Origin: the human T2T-CHM13v2.0 reference genome, Homo sapiens
Assembly (NCBI RefSeq): GCF_009914755.1
Contig: NC_060935.1
DNA length: 64,000 nt
Reading direction: 5' to 3' (one strand)
Position 1 is the first letter of the stretch. Each line of letters starts with the position of its first letter. The translations under genes were made by a program, and so were the position numbers. The notes beneath the pieces are model-generated. The model was not told where the DNA came from. It was given only the letters and a program-made list of their open reading frames with translations, and did no database searches. Below, piece after piece: positions 58,750 to 64,000 of the stretch.

Positions 58750-59460
58750 ACATCTATTCATTCAACAAATATGTATGAAATATCTACTCTGGGCCAGGCA
58801 CTGTACTGACCATGGAGGACACAGGGAGGATGAGAAAAACCAGCCTCCATGGAGCTTACCTTCTAGCAGGAGACAGAGGAGCACAAATATATTGTCATAT
58901 AATGTCAGATGTCAGGGAATGCCCCAAAGATACATAGTGCAGAGTGGGAGGAAGGAAGCTCTGTTTTAGATGTGAGTGGCCAGGAGATGGTCACATTCAC
59001 ACAGAGGCCTACGTGAAGTGCGGGAATGAGCCGCTCTGAGATGGGGACTAAGGGCATTGCTGGCAGAGGGGAAACAAGAATGAAGGCCCGTCCTACGCAG
59101 GGAGCAGTCCTGATGTATCTCAGGACCAGAATGTATCTTTAGGCAGCTGGAAGGAGAATAGGAGAGTGAGAGGAGGTGAGATTAAGGGGACAGATGGTGC
59201 AGGGTCTAGCCTGCTATGAGAGGAAGCTGGATTCTATTCTGAGGGAGAAGACAAGCCACTGAAGTCTTCAAGTAGGGGAATGATGTGATCTACTTTGTTT
59301 TAATTCTGCCACATGAGAATTAATTCAATAGGATCTAGAGGGGAAACAGTGAGAGTGGTTAGGAAGTGCTTCCTAGACCAAAAAGATGTTGATGGCTTAT
59401 GACTTGGGTGGTCACGCCTTGAACTGCAGAGATAGGAAATGTAGTCAGGTCTAGGATACA
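58750..59460 (-). mobile_element. L2 remnant
   Basis: attcattcaacaaatat..gggccaggcactgtact..ggagcttaccttctag. Confidence 0.75.
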
Positions 59461-60607
59461 GTTAACTGGCTGTTTTCAAGCTGCGAGAACTAGGCGGGCT
59501 CTTAGCTAGAAAGGAGGTTAGTGCTGAAACTAACAATGTTCACTTCCCAGCAATATTATGGAAATCTGGGCCAGGCATGACATATACAGGATCACAGCAG
59601 ACAGACTGGTGGGAGCAGAGCAGACAGACCTGTGGGCAGGCCCTGGGTATCTGGCTGTTGCCTGGAGAGAGGTGGGGAGGGAAGAAGAGGGAAGCTAGAG
59701 GGCACCATGAGAACTTAGCCCAGGGTCCACACTGCCCCACCTCACATTCTCCCTAAAGCCCCTCACCAGGTGGTACGGGGGCTGGATTCTGGCAACAAAA
59801 AGTGCTGAGACCTTCACCATGGCCCCAGCAGCTGCTGTTTCTGCCGGTGACCCTATCCGTAGGCTGAGGACAAGAGAAAAGGAAATCATAGCAGGAATAA
59901 GACCCCACCACCACTCCCCAGCCAGGTCTTGTTCTCCAGCCTGCTGATAGAGGCAGGAATGCAGAGGTACATCCTTGGGGACACAGGATACCTTCTGTCA
60001 TCTCCTGAGCTCTCTACAAGCAGCTGGCTCTACAGTTTTCCTGTGGGCCCTGGCCCCGTGCTGGCCACCAAACTTCAGAGCTGAGCACTTCTCTCTGAAC
60101 CAAGGCCCTACAGCTCCTGGGTGTCACTTTTATTTACTCGCTGTTACCTATGCTGCCAGGGGAATGGCCACTAAAGTGCTCACATAAGTATCTGGGGAGA
60201 TTTATTCCACTTCCATCTTAGTGCTCATTAAAAAGCATGTAAAAAAGGATGCTGGGAGGTGATCCAGAGCTGATTGAGCCAACAGAGTGCAGAACACTGG
60301 CACAGAAACTGCCCGGGGGGGATTTATGACCACCCAACCAAGGCCAGATGGCTCTGCCCAGCAGTCAGGGTCCTCGGAAATCTGGACGCATGTCCTCAGC
60401 ACCTTCCCACACCCACCCTGCCTTATGACACCTCCTTTACCAAAACCTTTTTCTCCCAACCAGCCATTGTCTCCACATTCTAACTCCCACGCCACCCTGC
60501 ACCTTTTCAGCTGAAGTGTCCGCAGCTCCCCCAAATCTTCTTGCAACCTGCACATTACTCCTGCTGTTAGCAAGGTCTCTCCCTAGTCTGGCTCGTGTAA
60601 AACGCCC

Positions 60608-61369
<762 letters not shown>

Positions 61370-62009
61370 GTTCTCTCTTTTCTGAGTGTGCTTCTGCTAC
61401 TCATTTTGCTACTTCATCACATTCTGCCTCATGTGGTTCTGCAGACTGAGCCCTTGTCTCCTCAACTGGCCTGGATGCCCCAGGAGTCCAGGGAACACAA
61501 CTTGCAAAGTGTTAGCACATCATCAAGGCTTAGCACAGCACGTAAGAAGCATTCGGCAGATACCTGGAGACGGGACCCGATCAAATGGGAAGAAGTGCCA
61601 GGTAAGAACGGGAGACTTCAAGCCGCCTACAGATGCACACATTGCACCTTCCTCCCTGCCTGGCTTGCGGAACATGTACTTACGGTTGAACATTTTGTTA
61701 GGGCTTCCGTGGTCCAGGCACAGTGCCAGGTCTTAGGTATATGATGGAAAGCTGGACAGGTGGTGCCCCTCTTACAGGAAGCAGACAGGCTAGTGGGAAA
61801 GACAAAGAGACAATATTAATGAACTGTGCTGTGGTGAGCTATGGAAGCACCTGGAAGAGGCAACTAAATTGGTCTATGGGGTCATGGAGGGCTCCTCGGA
61901 GGCAGTGACTTTTACAAAGAGATCAGAAGAATAGATAAGAGTTAGGTAAAGAGAGCTAAGAGGATGATGAGATGGGCACAGAAGAAATAATGTGCAAGAC
62001 AACACAGAC

Positions 62010-62815
<806 letters not shown>

Positions 62816-63092
62816 AAAATAATTAATATTTCAAAAGGACATATAATCAAAGGAAGAGGCTGTCACCTATGGACACAAATAACTGTAATCATCCTTAAGC
62901 ATCTTCCACCTATAAAGATAAATAAGACCTGCTTCCTGTCTTGGAAGCCTGGTAGCTTAGGAGGGAGAAATCACATTAGAAAAAGGCAACTTCAGCTTGG
63001 AAGTCCGCAATTCAACCATTGTAAGAGTCTTACTTGTATCCACCAAGGTCTCAGTCTTCCTTACTTCTGGTGTCTCTATAGAAGTACCCCCC

Positions 63093-63469
<377 letters not shown>

Positions 63470-64000
63470 TTACTGCTCGGTAGATCTCTGGAATTTGGAT
63501 GCCTCCAGCAGTATTAGACAGTAAAGCCCATGCAGCAAATTGCCGGCTTGCACACAGCTCTGGGTGGCCCTAGGGCAGTTGCACTCTCTTCAGTGGTGCA
63601 GTTATCAATTTCTATAATGTCTCTGACTGCTGAACTCCACTGATCACCTCTCTCTATAACTGGTGGGAAAATCAACACTCTTATGGCCCAGCCCCTTCAG
63701 AGGGGGCCCAGAGCAGAGGGGCTGGGACACGTAATCACTCAGGAGTCCTGTCTCCTCCTTACTCTCACAGGAGGCACAGCTTCACTAGAGGAGGTGGAAG
63801 GTGAGAAGATGCAGATGGCTTTCAGTGCAGCCTCACTCTGTTCCAGGGTCCTTGTCCTCTCCACACTTCAGACCCTGGGGTTGCACCTAGCTTACTCTGG
63901 CAGACTCATTACTCACTTATGGAGATTTCTTTCTATAAGTTTCCATTTTTTTCTTCTTTCTGTGGGGACCCCCTCCCCATTCAGTCCATCAGATGTATCT

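Overview
Primate (great ape/human-like) non-coding DNA, either intergenic or deep intronic. It is dense in old repeats (MIR, L2, L3, L1M/HAL1, MaLR/ERVL LTRs, hAT and Tigger MITEs) and has about ten Alus. I can support no host protein-coding exon and cannot name the locus. Repeat subfamily names come from recalled consensus sequences and need RepeatMasker/Dfam confirmation. The standout object is a near full-length L1PA2-like LINE-1 (27057-33266) with a 12-bp TSD at a canonical TTTT/AA site. It is 5'-inverted (twin priming) and its junction region holds three extra self-templated pieces (372, 85 and 24 bp), each joined by 2-5 nt microhomology. The 372 and 85 bp pieces come from abutting stretches of the inverted arm but sit in reverse order about 320 bp apart. 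This reads as a record of five template switches in one insertion. The layout leaves ORF1 intact, gives an endonuclease-only ORF2, and points the antisense promoter region into the sense 3' half of ORF2. Lesser items are an AT-rich palindrome (58021-58368), an AT minisatellite, a (CAG)10 within an E-box cluster, and several local duplications.
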